A stretch of 64,000 bases of DNA from Vitrella brassicaformis CCMP3155. Its lineage: Eukaryota; Protista; Chromerida. This document shows positions 22,500 through 35,015 of the stretch, piece after piece; the stretch's first letter is position 1; each line of letters starts with the position of its first letter. The position numbers and the translations under genes are program-made. Under the pieces are notes generated by a model, which saw nothing but the letters and a program-made list of their open reading frames with translations, searched no databases and was not told where the DNA came from. Where the stretch lies: the NCBI GenBank assembly GCA_001179505.1, contig CDMY01000482.1, positions 4,103 through 68,102 on the forward strand. The letters run 5' to 3'.

Positions 22500-23861
22500 A
22501 TGTGGACCCCTCGCCCTCCCGGGGTGCATTCTCGGCCTCACCAGGCCAATACCGCCCCACCACCTGCCGGCGCACGCACCCGTCTTCCCTCCAGCAGCAG
22601 CAGCAACCCTCCCCCTGACCAGATCCGCACCTTCAAGACCATCATCTCGCAGCACCCAGGCTCAATCAGCGTCAAGACCCTTCGCCACTCCCCGCCCATC
22701 CACACCTGCCAGGAGCTCATCCACTTCTGCCACGGCAACCCCCTCGTCCTCATGTACACCCTCGAGATCGACTATGCGGTGGCCACTGCACTGGTCGACC
22801 AGTGCTTCGCCGCCATCACCCCGGCGCCCTCTCGCCTCGGCGACCTGTGGTTGGACGCCCGGTCGCTGCCGACAGGACTGCCCACCATCGACAGGGGGCT
22901 GCAGGGTGGTTTGGCGGCCGGGCAGGTGTTCGAGTTCGCCGGTCCAGCTGGCGTGGGCAAGACGCAGGTGTGCTTCTCGCTCGCCCAGTCGGCACTGATG
23001 CAGCAGGAGACTGGAGGGGGAGGGGGAGGGAGCGTCATGTGGATTGACACCGAGGGCGCGTTCAGCCCAGAGCGGCTGGGTGAGGTGCTCATGAGCCGGG
23101 TGGATGGTGGGGCCACGATGTCGGCCGACAGAGGAGATGACGATGATATGGACATGGATCCCATTGAGCATCCGGCGGTGCGGGAGGCGTTAGGTCGCGT
23201 GCACGTCATGGAGTGCCACTCCCTCACCGACATCGACAAGGACCTCGCACCCCTACTCGCCAATGACACACCAACAGTACCTCCGCACACCGCCAGCAGC
23301 AGCAGCGGCAAGACCAACTGGAAGCTGGTCATCGTCGACTCGGTGACGGCCGCCGCCAAGCGCACCATGACCACCACCACCACCACTGCGCCTCAGCAGT
23401 CGGCCCCCGTATCAGCCATGGGCGCGCGTCAGATGCAGCTCAACTCCCTGGCTGAGAAGCTCAAGGTCATCGCCAACAAGCACGGCATCCCCGTGGTGGT
23501 GACCAACCAGGTGGCCGGCAGGGGCGGATGGGACGAGGCAGGCGACGCCGCACTGGGGCCGCTCTGGCACCATGCCGTCAACTGCAGATTCCTGCTCACA
23601 TACAGCGTGGAGCAGCGGCCGGGTGATGATGACGAGCAGCAGAAGGAGGGGCAGGATGGCGACCAGTCGCAGCCAATGCTGGTGGGTGGTGCTGGGGTTG
23701 GTCGGGCGGGAGTGAGTAGTGTGAAGCTGACGGCTCAGCTGCCGGCGTGGCAGCTGGAGATGGGCGAGCGTGAGCTGATAGTGCAGAAGAGCCCGGTGTG
23801 TGGGCCCGTGAGGGTCAAGTACACCATCCACAGCGGGGGGGTGGCGGAGGTCAGAGAGTGA
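22500..23861 (+). CDS. RAD51B: RAD51 paralog, RAD51B-like RecA-family ATPase, single coding exon
   Basis: LPTGLPTIDRGLQGGL, Walker A GPAGVGKT, WIDTEGAFSPERL, Walker B LVIVDS, IPVVVTNQV, AALGPLWHHAVNCRFLL, RELIVQKSP. The N-terminal TCQELI...PLVLM segment also resembles RAD51B. Confidence 0.88.
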   Translation: MWTPRPPGVHSRPHQANTAPPPAGARTRLPSSSSSNPPPDQIRTFKTIISQHPGSISVKTLRHSPPIHTCQELIHFCHGNPLVLMYTLEIDYAVATALVDQCFAAITPAPSRLGDLWLDARSLPTGLPTIDRGLQGGLAAGQVFEFAGPAGVGKTQVCFSLAQSALMQQETGGGGGGSVMWIDTEGAFSPERLGEVLMSRVDGGATMSADRGDDDDMDMDPIEHPAVREALGRVHVMECHSLTDIDKDLAPLLANDTPTVPPHTASSSSGKTNWKLVIVDSVTAAAKRTMTTTTTTAPQQSAPVSAMGARQMQLNSLAEKLKVIANKHGIPVVVTNQVAGRGGWDEAGDAALGPLWHHAVNCRFLLTYSVEQRPGDDDEQQKEGQDGDQSQPMLVGGAGVGRAGVSSVKLTAQLPAWQLEMGERELIVQKSPVCGPVRVKYTIHSGGVAEVRE

Positions 23862-24982
23862 GGGGGCAAAGGGGGACGGACAGGCGGATGGATAGCTCTC
23901 TTGGATGGACACCTGTGTGCCTTCCTTCATGTATCGCGAACGAATTAATTGTTGATATGTAATGTATTGCACTCGTCTTCTCCTCATGTTGAGAAGATGG
24001 CTTTCTCGCACTCACCGGACCTTGAGCCATTCAAATGTGTGCATCTCAATGCCCCCATGTCCAAGGCTCGCAAGGAAGCCAGTCTTCTCAACACGACCGA
24101 GGGCCACCACACACACACACACATGCATCAATGACTTGCGTGACAGTAATCACACCACGTGGGTCGGCAGGTAGGGATGGATGCCTCTGTCTCGCTCCCC
24201 CATACCACACAACAGCGAGGGAGAGAATACAATACAGACCACGAATATACCCAAGAGAGAGAGTTCGAGCCCGCTTGTGTCGGGATGCTGGCTTTGTGTG
24301 TTTCCCCAGCGTGCCGCCGACGTCCATGACATCTCTCATATCAGAAAGGTGCCATGGGCGTGCGACGAGACTGAGCAACACCCAAAGCCATCTTCGACAA
24401 GGACGGCACCGACAAGAGGGCCGGCCGCATCGACAGAACCAAGCGAGAGCTAAGCACGTGCCATGACGGACAGCAAGGGAAATGACACAACCGATAAAAA
24501 ACACACTTGGCAGGGGAAAATGGGCCATCAAACGACTCGCTGTCTGTCTGTCCGTCTGTCTGGATCTGATTCTGTCCGTTCGCCCGTCCCGTCCCGTGAC
24601 GTTCGTGACAGCTCCACTTGAACGAGCGAGCGTCACGAACATCACGCGCGACACCACGAACATACAAAATCAGATAGTGGACAAGCGAAAATTCCATTGT
24701 GCATCGTTGGTAACATGACATCCTCTATCCCTGTGCCAACGACAAGCGCAGCAAGTGCTTGCTGCGACTCATCGTTGCTGCAGGGCGGGAGAATGCGAAG
24801 CTGCCAACATGCACCTCTGCACAGAACACGAGAGAGGGGAAAAAGACGCACACATACCGATAAAGGACCGAAAAACACCCACGTAGCAAAAGGGCCTCCC
24901 TCTAGTGTAGGCTGTCAGGCCAGGCCAGCGCGCATCTAAGTACGACAGGTACGCTACATCGCTTTGCTGCCGGATCGCTCGG

Positions 24983-26679
24983 TCAGTATTTGGGCAGGAA
25001 GGGGTTCTCGTCTCCCGGCTTCATCCGCGCAAACGTGTGGTTGACAGCACGGTGGTAACTCTCATCTGCAGCAGTGCACAATGCATCCACCACACACACG
25101 GGATGCACACGCGCCTCTGGCATGTTGTGTGTGTGCGTGCGTGTGTGTGTGTGTGTGTCTGACCTGCTCTCATGGCCAGGATGACGTCTTTGATGGTTGC
25201 ATTCTCGGCCAGACACCAGTAGTCGCGAGCCGCAGGCGGCACAGACATGGATGCCAGCTCGGGCAGCTTGCCGCTGTCCAGCTTATGACACACACACACA
25301 CACACACACACACAGTGGACACAGCTACTTGTGCCTGTGTAGCCCAGGCGGTGGTTTGGTCCGATCTCTCTCACCTCGTTGAGGAGTGTGGTGTAGGTCT
25401 GCACGGCCTCCTCATTCAGATAGCCGGCCAGCCTGCACGACGACACGCAAAATCAACACACCACGACACACAGATAGCTGTCGAACATGTGTGCGCCTGC
25501 GCGCCTGCCTGCCTGTCTACCTGTGGGAGTATCTGGGCGAGATGAGGTACGACACCCCGTAGCCAACGATGCTCACAAACTGACAGAAACAACACAGCAC
25601 AGCACACGCAAGCCTTGCAGATGGATGAGGGCCGAGCCCGCGCCCGCGGTCCCTGTGTGTCCGTCCGCACCTGTGCCGCCAGTATGTTGATGCGCGTCAG
25701 TACCGATGGGTGCTTGAGGTCCAGCACAAACATCAGGTGCATCCGCTCGTTCTCAGACTCTGAGCCAACACACACACACGCACAAACACACACGCCCACC
25801 GCCCAAATGAGGCTGCATTCAATTGCTGAATAGCCGACTGACCTTCGAGCAGTGTGTGGATCCAGCCCTGGTCCGACTCGAACTTCCGCAGGCACTGCAG
25901 GTGCCTACTCATGGCGCCGATGATGCCTGGCACAGCAGATATGCTCTCCAGCACCAGCATGCGACGGAGCCACCCGGAGGACTTGAGCGTGACGAACGAA
26001 TAACCTACCACCACAACACACGGCCACGTTCAGCCTGCAGTGAGTGTCACGGGCAGTGCATACCGACCGGTGGTGGTGTTGTACAGCGCCCTCAGAGACA
26101 GCGCAGTCCAGCTGGCCAGGTGCTCCGAAAACCCCTCAGGCGGATGATGCGCCAACCTGAGCAACACGCATTGGATGCATCATCAGACAACTCTCCCAAG
26201 CTATCGTGAATGTGCTGCGCTCTTACGTGACGTTCTCGACGTCGGCATCGCTCCAGATCTGCCAGAACGGCAACAGACACACAAACAGCACGTCACTGAA
26301 AACGCTACGACACGTGTGCAGCTCCCTCCCTCCCTCCTACTGGGTGGTGCATGCGGTATTCTGACGGGTGCGGCACCCACTGGTCGCTGGACATGACGCC
26401 CTCCGTCTTCATCCGCAGCCTGAAGTGCCGCGTGTCGCCGCCCTGGGCAGCGGTGTAGCCGAACGGGAACTCAGAGAACACGCTCTTCGCTGGCTTGGCT
26501 CCCTCGGCCTCATCGGCCTTCTTGTCCGTCTGTGATGTGGTTGACAGGTGCCGCCTGACGAGCAGAGGGTGGAAGGCGGTGCAGCGAAGCGGTGAGCGGT
26601 AGAAGGTCGCCGGGAGTGCGGCCGACAGAGCTTTTGGCACGGCGGCGAGGCAAGGGGAGGGCCTTGTGAGCAACGACAT
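24983..26679 (-). CDS. AOX: Mitochondrial alternative oxidase, divergent; about 8 exons, with an N-terminal mitochondrial presequence-like region
   Basis: RRMLVLESISAVPG, GWIHTLLE|ESENERMHL, YLISPRYSHR|LAGYLNEEAVQTY, VPPAARDYW, RA|DESYHRAVNH. The N-terminus is Arg/Ser/Ala-rich (MSLLTRPSPCLAAVPKALS...RRHLST). Confidence 0.93.
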
Positions 26680-26918
26680 CTTCGACGAGACCACCAGGAG
26701 CAGAGATCTTCGACGGAGCGCTGTCCCAAGACGACCCGTAGGGTATATGGGGTTCAGGCTACTCCTGATGAATGAACATTGCAAATGACCAGCAATCTAT
26801 CTCCCAGCATCAGAACACAGCGCGTCGCCAAGCTTGACATCGCAGCGGTTTCAGGGACTTGACATTGATGCTGCGAGATCAGCTCGCAGGCGTGCGAGCT
26901 TCCTTTCATGAGAGTGAG

Positions 26919-29900
26919 ATGATGAAGACGAAGATGACGACGATGCGTCAGCAGCAGCCCTTTCCACGGCCGCATTCGCCGGAGCTGCCAAGGAAGCCAC
27001 GGCGTCGGAGACGGCGCAACTTCAACGTGGACAGCGGCGATGAAGGCGATTGCGGCGTCGTGGAAAGGAGCTGCCCATTTCGCTGCAGCAGAGCAGGCAG
27101 TCGGCCGGTGCACGTGGGATTCCCGCGTGCACCTGTCGGCTTCTGCTTCTGCAATTGCTTCAGCGGCGCGAGTCGACGCCGAGCGGATAAGGACCGTTCC
27201 GCACACCCCGGGCCCCCCCCTCACCCCCCTCCCCCGCTACAGCCACACCCGGCGTTCCCCCCACCCCCACCACATCCATATTTCTTCCCGCCCTTCCCGC
27301 CCCTCTTCACGCCAGAGGGCATGTATCTGCCGCCGCATCACCTGATGATGCAACCGCCGCCGGTGCCAATGGCAGCAGCCAACTCAATGGGCGCGGGTGC
27401 GCATCCGATGCCCATGTCAGCCGAGGAGGTGATGCGGGCGCACGAGGGCCACGTGAACATGGGGAGGGAGGTCGGGCCGTCCAAGGTGTCGGGTGGTGTG
27501 AGGCCACGGCTGCCCACGATCGTCTCACCGAGGAGCCGCGAGAAGAGGACACCGTCTGCATCGGCCACGGATGGCACACAGATCGCCTACGGCAAGACCA
27601 ATCAGCATGGTAAGCAATGGGAAGCGATCGAAAAGCAGTCAACTCAACTCATCTCTCATGTGTCATGGTTTGCCCTCAGGTTCGTTCTCTGCAGCAGCAG
27701 CTGCTGCGTCTAGCAGTGATCCAGCCCCACCCCTCCCCGTCCCCCTCCCCCGTCCACATCCCTCCCACCTTTATCCCATCCCCACCAGTGGCAACGCGGC
27801 CGACCCAATGGCCATCCCGGCCCTCCCCCACGTACTGCAGCCACAGCAGCCCGCCATGTCAACCTCCCAAGACACCACCAACACCACAGCGGCCATGGGC
27901 ATGGCCCTGCTGCACCACCGATGGGCACAGCAGAACAACGCCTTCCTGCGTGACAAGTTCGGTCACCCGGAAGAGATCCTCCGCTTCTCCGCCGACCAGA
28001 ACGCCTTTGTTCTGGCCCTTGGCGGCCTCCCGGCGGCCGACGGCCAGCTGTTCTTCACCGCGGCTCCGGGGGGTGACAGCGCCGCGACAGAGGCCGGCCT
28101 GACTGCCGCTCTCAACGAGGCCCTCATGTATGCCGAGGAGCACCTGCGTCAGGCGCAGGACGACAGGCACGGCAGGCAGCCAGCCGAGGAGACCCAGCAG
28201 CAGCAGCAGGAGGAGCAGATTGCTGATAGCACGACAGACGTGCCACAGCGCACGAGCGACGACTCAACAGGTACACGTGTGCATACCCACACACGTGGAG
28301 GACTCCTTTCCCGAGCCATATGCACGTACTCTTTCCTTCTCTCTTCAGACATGTCGCCATCTCCCGACTGGCCCCCACGTGCACCGCACCAGGCTGACCT
28401 GCTCCCGGCCACTGCCCCAGCGCCGCCCACTCACACCCAGCCGGCCGTCATCATGCCCCCCCTCGATGCGTCTAGATACCTGGACCCAGGTGACGTCATC
28501 AATGTCGACCACTGGACGAGATTCGAGTGCCGCAGGCTGCTATGCAGCGGTCGGGGGGAGTATTCGATATGGGTGGGGCTGCTCAAGAAGGCAGAGGCCG
28601 ACGCACACGAGGCTGTGTGCAAGTACATTACGGAGGACCAACGGAGGGAGGGGGCGAAGCGGGCAAGGGAGCTCAGCGCCACACTCAGGCAGGAGGCGGC
28701 CAGGCTGCGCGAGGTCAACACCGCCATCGAGACCACAGCGGGGGGCGCGCCGCGGCAGTGCCAGCTGGCCACCCTGGCGTCGCCCACCCCGACGGGCACT
28801 ACCAGTATTTCGCCTCAGCTGCTGGCGGTGGTGGAGGATCTTGAAGCACTCCGGCCAGTCGTGAGCCGAGAAGGCGAGACGCTCTCGGGGACGGGAACAT
28901 GTATCATCATGTCTCAGGCCGGCGAAGGTGAGCACAACACGATCAACCGATACACACACGGGCGTCGCGATTGCGCATCAGCCGACGTCGCTCTCTTTTT
29001 GTGTCATGCAGGTGTATCTCTGGGCGAATTTTGCGAGAGCGTGAGCCTTGTCCCGCCCCTCCTCAAGATGACAATAGCGGTCAACCTCGTCCAGTCTGTC
29101 CTTGTTCTGCACGAGGCCCAAATCTGCCACAATGACTTCCATCCCGACAATGTGGTGCTCCTAGACAAGACGACGGGCGAGGTTGCGATCATCGATTACG
29201 AGAGCAGCCGCAACATAGGAGCTGGCGACTCGCGGCCTCTCACCACACGCCCCGCTGCCCCATGCACGACCCTCCACAATCTCCTGGCCATCCTGCAGCG
29301 GCGGGCACTGAAGAACGAGACCATCGGCTATGAGTCGGACATGGTATCGGTCATGTGCTCGCTGCTGCTGCTGGTGGTCGATGGCCACCAGTTTGGCCAC
29401 ACAGCTCTACCGGAGGGCGCGCGAGGCGATGCGTGAGGTGGTGGCCATGTGTGAGCAGGCCGCGGGGGAGGGGCGCCATCTGCCGGTGGACTTGCTGGCC
29501 GACGAGTATGTGGGGGCTGTAGAGAAGACCTACCAGGACGCCATCAGCACCATCGACCGTGACGACAAACTGATGGACACCATTCGGCCGCTGTCCATGA
29601 TGACAGTCGAGCTGTATAAAAAGGTATGCGAGGCGCATGCCAGGGGTGGCTCAGTGGAGCAGATGAGGGAGATGATGGAGAAGTACTGCATAGAAATGAA
29701 ATCAGTTTAGTGACGGGTGGGTCTGTGAGTCCACACTCACACAATGTCGTTATCTCTCGCTCTGTGTGCAGAGATGCGCCGCATCGTGACTGAGTGCCCG
29801 CCCACAGAGGCGCCAGTGCCGGCAGCAGCAGGTGACAATGACACGTACAGGTAACGGACCATACATGTGCCACTGTGCGTGTGCACACTTTTGTCCAGAT

Positions 29901-30005
29901 CGGTCCGGCGAGTCGCTGTCGCCATTCGACCTAGGCTCGCCATTCAGCATGCCGTTCGGCACACCTTTCGACACGGACGGCCCGGCTGTCATCATCATGT
30001 CGTGA
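26919..30005 (+). CDS. Atypical protein kinase-like protein with a long Pro/Gln-rich N-terminus; 3' exon structure uncertain
   Basis: Gly-loop-like GRGEYS, AVCKY, catalytic loop HNDFHPDN and IDYE (DFG-like). ORFs 26859-27713, 27571-29436 and 29330-29710, with probable last exons to about 30005. Confidence 0.7.
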
Positions 30006-30127
30006 GAGGGGCTGCCGCCTCACTCACGACACCATGGTGATCCAGCCATGGACAGAGGCTGACGAGGCGGCAGGCGGCCAATTTCGATGCTGACGAGTGG
30101 CTCGGTGCAGGGCAGCCGAGTGGTGGT

Positions 30128-32083
30128 GTGAATGAACATGAAGAGGTGTGTGAGGGCCCGGTTGACTATGAAGACGGCTGTGATTCGGATGACGGCATTG
30201 TGAATATGATGGTGGTGAGAACGGCTGAGGAAGAGCGTCTGAGGAGAGTTGTGCGTGCTGGGGTCTATGGGCGGATGGCTGTGCTGCTGGGCCCTCTTGC
30301 CTACGCGGAGGGGCCGCATAAGGGGCAGGCCTCTCGGGACTCATTTTCCCCTAGGTGTGTGTGTGAGTGTGAGAGTGTGTGTGGGTGTGGGTGTGTGGGT
30401 GATGGTCTGTCCGGTCGACGTTTCTTTTCTGTTTGGACGTCTGGTGTAGAATATCTCGCAAACATGCAGAGAGGAATGAATTCATTCATACACAACCTAC
30501 ATGGCCTTGTTTTGTGTGCAGGCGGCTGCATGTGCTGGAGGGTGTAACGCTGGATGACCCGCCGTTCGCCTCAGCCGCCCACTCATCAACGGTTGAGGAC
30601 CAGACCAGTGATGGCGGCGTCTTCGGGGGCCCGTTCACCGTGATAGTTGCCAGATGCCGCCACCACACTCGCTGACGAAATAGGTAAGGGAGACACTAAC
30701 AACCACGCTGCTTTGCATGGAACGCCTTACGGATCATGTGGCGTCTGTCCTTTGCAGCTCTGGTTGAGACCCACACGAACGACCTGCTAGACCCTCCGTC
30801 CATCATCTTGCCCTCCCCCTCCCCAGCGCTCGCTCGTCAGCCAAATGACTACTTCTGCGGCTCTGGCGGGCGCCATCCCTGCTGCTGCAGAGCTGCACGT
30901 GGCCTGTGGAGCGGTGCTGGGACGCTCCGTCAATGCGCCGGTCACTGGCGTCCAACCAGCGGCGTGTGAGTCTGCCGGTGCGCGTGAGCCTACAGCGGCC
31001 AGCATGACAGACGACGACAAGAAGAACAGCTGCCGCGAATCCCTCTTTGGGTGCGGCACGTGGCAGCGGAAGGGACCGGTTTATTCTCGCGAGACTACCG
31101 GGACGACGAGCAGCCGACGAGCCAAAGTCGCCTGTGTACGTCCCAGCGGTCGCCGGTCGCTCATGGGGCTTACAGTCCATGACAGTCAACGACGTCATGA
31201 CGGCCTGCCTCGTCGGCGCATACACTTGATATGCACAGCATCAACAACAGCAGCAGCAGGACAACAGCAACCACTCCGAGCAGCTATCTCGCCACCGACA
31301 CACCCGTCACCACGCCCACACTCATGGACGGCGACTTCCGCAGTGGCTCGGTCGCTGACTCGACAGGTACAGGGGAGACCCTGGACGTCGCACGCCTGCC
31401 CTCGCTCCCCATACCGCTCACGGCCGCCTCTCCCAAGTCCACCAATGAGGCGTCATCGAGTCTCAATGCTCCTCATGGCCTTTCCCCCGCTGAGCCACCC
31501 AAGGGCCGTCGTGGCGCCGTTCTACAGCACGAAGGATGCACGACACCCGTGGCCGCCTCACACACGCGCAACGACACCATGCACACGAGCCGGTCGCTGC
31601 CAAGCCCTGCGGTCGGCGCTCTTCGCCCCCTGCCCGGCGAGTCGGCCCAGCTTCCTGTCGTCACTGCGAAGCTGCCTGAGCCCCGAGCGGACGCCCCTCC
31701 AGCGGTCGCCACACCAACATGGCACCACCGATGGCATCACCAATCGCGGCCTCTCCCTCTGCCTGCCGCTGTTCTTCCCCTCCATGAGCAACGAGTCGGT
31801 CTCCACACAGACGGGCGACAGCGACGCATTGAGCCCCGAGGGACGGTCGAGGTTCGCCCGCAGCACCAACCCCAAGCCCGTCCGGCTGCAAGACGAGATG
31901 CGCCTGCTGGTGGCCATGAACAAGCGCAAGGCGGGGCAGACAGCCGAGGGGCTGCAAAACGTCTATGGAGCGGCCGTGTTGCCCTTCCCCACGTGTGTGG
32001 AGTCGTCTTCGGTCGACCGGCTGTGTCGCGTGGCGGCACAGACAGAGAGATGCAAGGAGGGGTCGGCCACGCCGGGGAGATGA
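30128..32083 (+). CDS. Hypothetical low-complexity protein(s); model not resolved
   Basis: Overlapping Ser/Thr/Pro-rich ORFs (30128-30547, 30845-32083, 31231-32148) with splice-like sites. No recognisable domain. Confidence 0.3.
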
Positions 32084-32569
32084 CATGTTTCTCAGGATCG
32101 GGGTGGGATGAGTCACTGTGCGTGCAGATGCGTACATACGTCGACTGACTCATACATGCATTCCGCTGTGCATGTCCAAATGACTTGCGTGTGCGTTCTC
32201 CATTTGTCAGCAGCAGATACAGGTAAGTACTTACTGGCGATGAGATGCAGTACTACTAGGTAGGTGAGATGATTGTGCACTTACAATCACCTACCTGAAC
32301 TCACATGTAGGCAGTCTGGTAGGCAGACAGGTTTTCTCTTTCTCTATCGCCATCCACACCTGGCAGGCATCCATCCATCCATCCATCTGCTTCGTACGAT
32401 TAGCTGGGACACTGCAGTGACGGCTCGCCGTTCGGATTGAATTTGTCCCTGCTGTACTAGCTACCTGCTGTACTTGCTGGCCCGCATGCCAAGTACAGCT
32501 GTGCTGGCATGCACATCTGCTTCATTTTGAGTACGATCATATCTGCGGGGGGGGGGGGGGGGGAGGGGG

Positions 32570-32869
32570 NNNNNNNNNNNNNNNNNNNNNNNNNNNNNNN
32601 NNNNNNNNNNNNNNNNNNNNNNNNNNNNNNNNNNNNNNNNNNNNNNNNNNNNNNNNNNNNNNNNNNNNNNNNNNNNNNNNNNNNNNNNNNNNNNNNNNNN
32701 NNNNNNNNNNNNNNNNNNNNNNNNNNNNNNNNNNNNNNNNNNNNNNNNNNNNNNNNNNNNNNNNNNNNNNNNNNNNNNNNNNNNNNNNNNNNNNNNNNNN
32801 NNNNNNNNNNNNNNNNNNNNNNNNNNNNNNNNNNNNNNNNNNNNNNNNNNNNNNNNNNNNNNNNNNNNN
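32570..32869. other. Assembly gap (300 N) flanked by poly-G
   Basis: Run of N, preceded by a G-run from about 32547 and followed by GGGGG. Confidence 1.
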
Positions 32870-33232
32870 GGGGGCCAGTCTCTCAACGGCTGAGGCTACG
32901 TTGCTGATGGTGAATGTTTGTTTGTGCGTGGGGTTGATAATATCAACGTTTGAGCGTCCGGTGTTTGATCCTCATACCCCCCAGCCGCATCTTGGCACTC
33001 TCACTCACTACTCATGGACGGCCGCAATCTTGAACCCGATCAGCAATGATCAATCGGCAAGCAAAATTGTGTTGCCATTGGATGTGTGAAGCAAACTCAG
33101 AGATAGGGCTGATCGTGTAAGAGGGTTCTCTTGTTTTCATGAGTCTGTCGCTTATTTTGTTTTTGTATCCGTCTGGTGAAATAAAAGAATACGCTTGCTT
33201 AGAAAAACTCCTGTCTGATGAGTCCTGTCTGG

Positions 33233-34983
33233 TCAGATAGAGGCGATCTGAACAGATAGATTCAGTGTGTCGGTAAGCGCTTTCACCTGAGCGGCACTGA
33301 TCGGGAACACAGCTAATCAACACAAGACAGAGAGGGAGAGACACACACACACAACACAAGACAGCGCAGCACCTCAATCAGTGTGTGGTTCCCTCCCTGA
33401 CTCACTCTGTTGCTGTTGGATGGCGTGTTTGCCCTCGTTGATGAGGTCGGTGGTCTGCTTGTGGGCAGACGCCTTGTCGACGAGCTCCCCTTCCTCGGCC
33501 TCCTCCGCACTGCCCTCCTCGGCAATCAACTCGTCCGCCAACGCCCCACCTCACAGACACATATCGACCCCACACCATGTGCTTATCGTGTGTCCGTGTG
33601 ATGGATGGCATTTGATGTGATACCTTCCTGTGCGGCCCGTTCGGCTTTGATGGCGAGTTTTGCCTTCTTGTGGGTAATGTCCCGCTCGACAACCGCCTTT
33701 CGCTTGTCGTGGGCCGCACTCTCCAACGACGCCACACTCACAGCCAAACCTGTAGACACACACAGCACAGACATCCCTCTCTCTCTCTGTCTCTCTGCCT
33801 GCGTCTCTGGCTGGCTGACCGTCGACTCGGCTGGCCATCTTGTCGACGTCACCCTCGAGCGCTGCGATCTGCGTGTCGAGAGATGCGGGCGGGGCCGACT
33901 TGCTGGGGCGGCGCGAGGCCTCGGGAGGGATCAGCTGGGTGAAGCGGTGAGTGGGGGCCGACTGGGGGGCGGCTGGGTGTGTGCTGGCGTGAGTCACCAA
34001 CATGTCCTCCTCGGCTATCACGTTGCCAATGCGCGTGTCGAGCTCGCGAAGACGCCCACGCAGCTCACCCACACGAGACACGCTGACAGACAGGACATCA
34101 TATCATCACACACAGGAGGAGTGCACGTTAGGGCTCATGCCAGGTGTGGGTGGGTGTGTGGGTGGCTTACAGGTGGTCGGCCGACAGGCGAGCAGGCGCA
34201 CTCTGATCCATAGATCCATGGAGAGAGGGATTGACATTTACACAGTTCATAGACACATATCAGAGGTGTGTGTGTGTGTGTTGTGGTTGCGGCTGGCTTA
34301 CGTCGAGTGTGTCGATTTCCTTGGCGATTTGTTTCATCTCTGTGTGGATTTGGTGTCTCTTCTCGGCGAGTTCCGCCCTGACGGCTGCCACCTCCCTCTC
34401 TGTCTCGACGGCCTCCTTGCGCAGCTTGAGCTGACCCTCCAGCTTTGCACTCTCACGAGTGCCCTCGGCCGCCGCCAACTCGCGCTGATCCACCGACACA
34501 ATCATCGCACACAGACACACAGAGAGGGATTGGCTGCAGAAGTATATGGAGTGGCGCACTTACGTTGAGGAGTTCCTTTTGTTGGTTGACGGCGGTCTCC
34601 TGTTGGATGACGTCCGTGTCGGCCGCCACACCCACACGCTCGCCAGACACACGAGCCTGATCAGACAAACACACACAACACTGATTCATGTGTGTGTGTG
34701 TGTGTTGATGTGTGTGCCTGGAGCTGTTTGAGTTGGACGTGCATGGCCTCCTCGTCGGCGACCACCTGCACCGACTTGGCCACCAGACTGACCAGCGCGG
34801 CCTGCTGCTCGCGGATCTCGTTGGCGTCGAACAGCTCGCCGCTCTCCATGGCTTTGCCCAGCTCGTGGGCGCTGATCGAGGCCGACCGCAGCAGCCGACT
34901 CGACGCCAGCAGACCTGCACTCTCAAGCTCGCTCGACGCCCGCAACAAGTCACGAGACACCTCGTGCTGTCCAATGAAACGAT

Positions 34984-35015
<32 letters not shown>

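Noticed and set aside
24261-24273. GAGTTCGAGCCC resembling a tRNA T-loop
   Set aside because: No D-arm, anticodon arm or acceptor stem could be built around it.
23880-24980. Hydrophobic ORFs between RAD51B and AOX, such as 24088-24663 (-)
   Set aside because: Made of microsatellite-derived and low-complexity sequence with no domain or consistent splice model; probably UTR or intergenic.
32461-32907. ORFs running through N runs (also 38350-39325)
   Set aside because: Artefacts of translating assembly gaps.
33215-33291. CTGATGA...CTGA suggesting a hammerhead ribozyme or C/D snoRNA
   Set aside because: No stem II followed by GAAA and no terminal stem. Most of the segment is the antisense of a plausible last coding exon (stop at 33233) and the rest is its 3' UTR.
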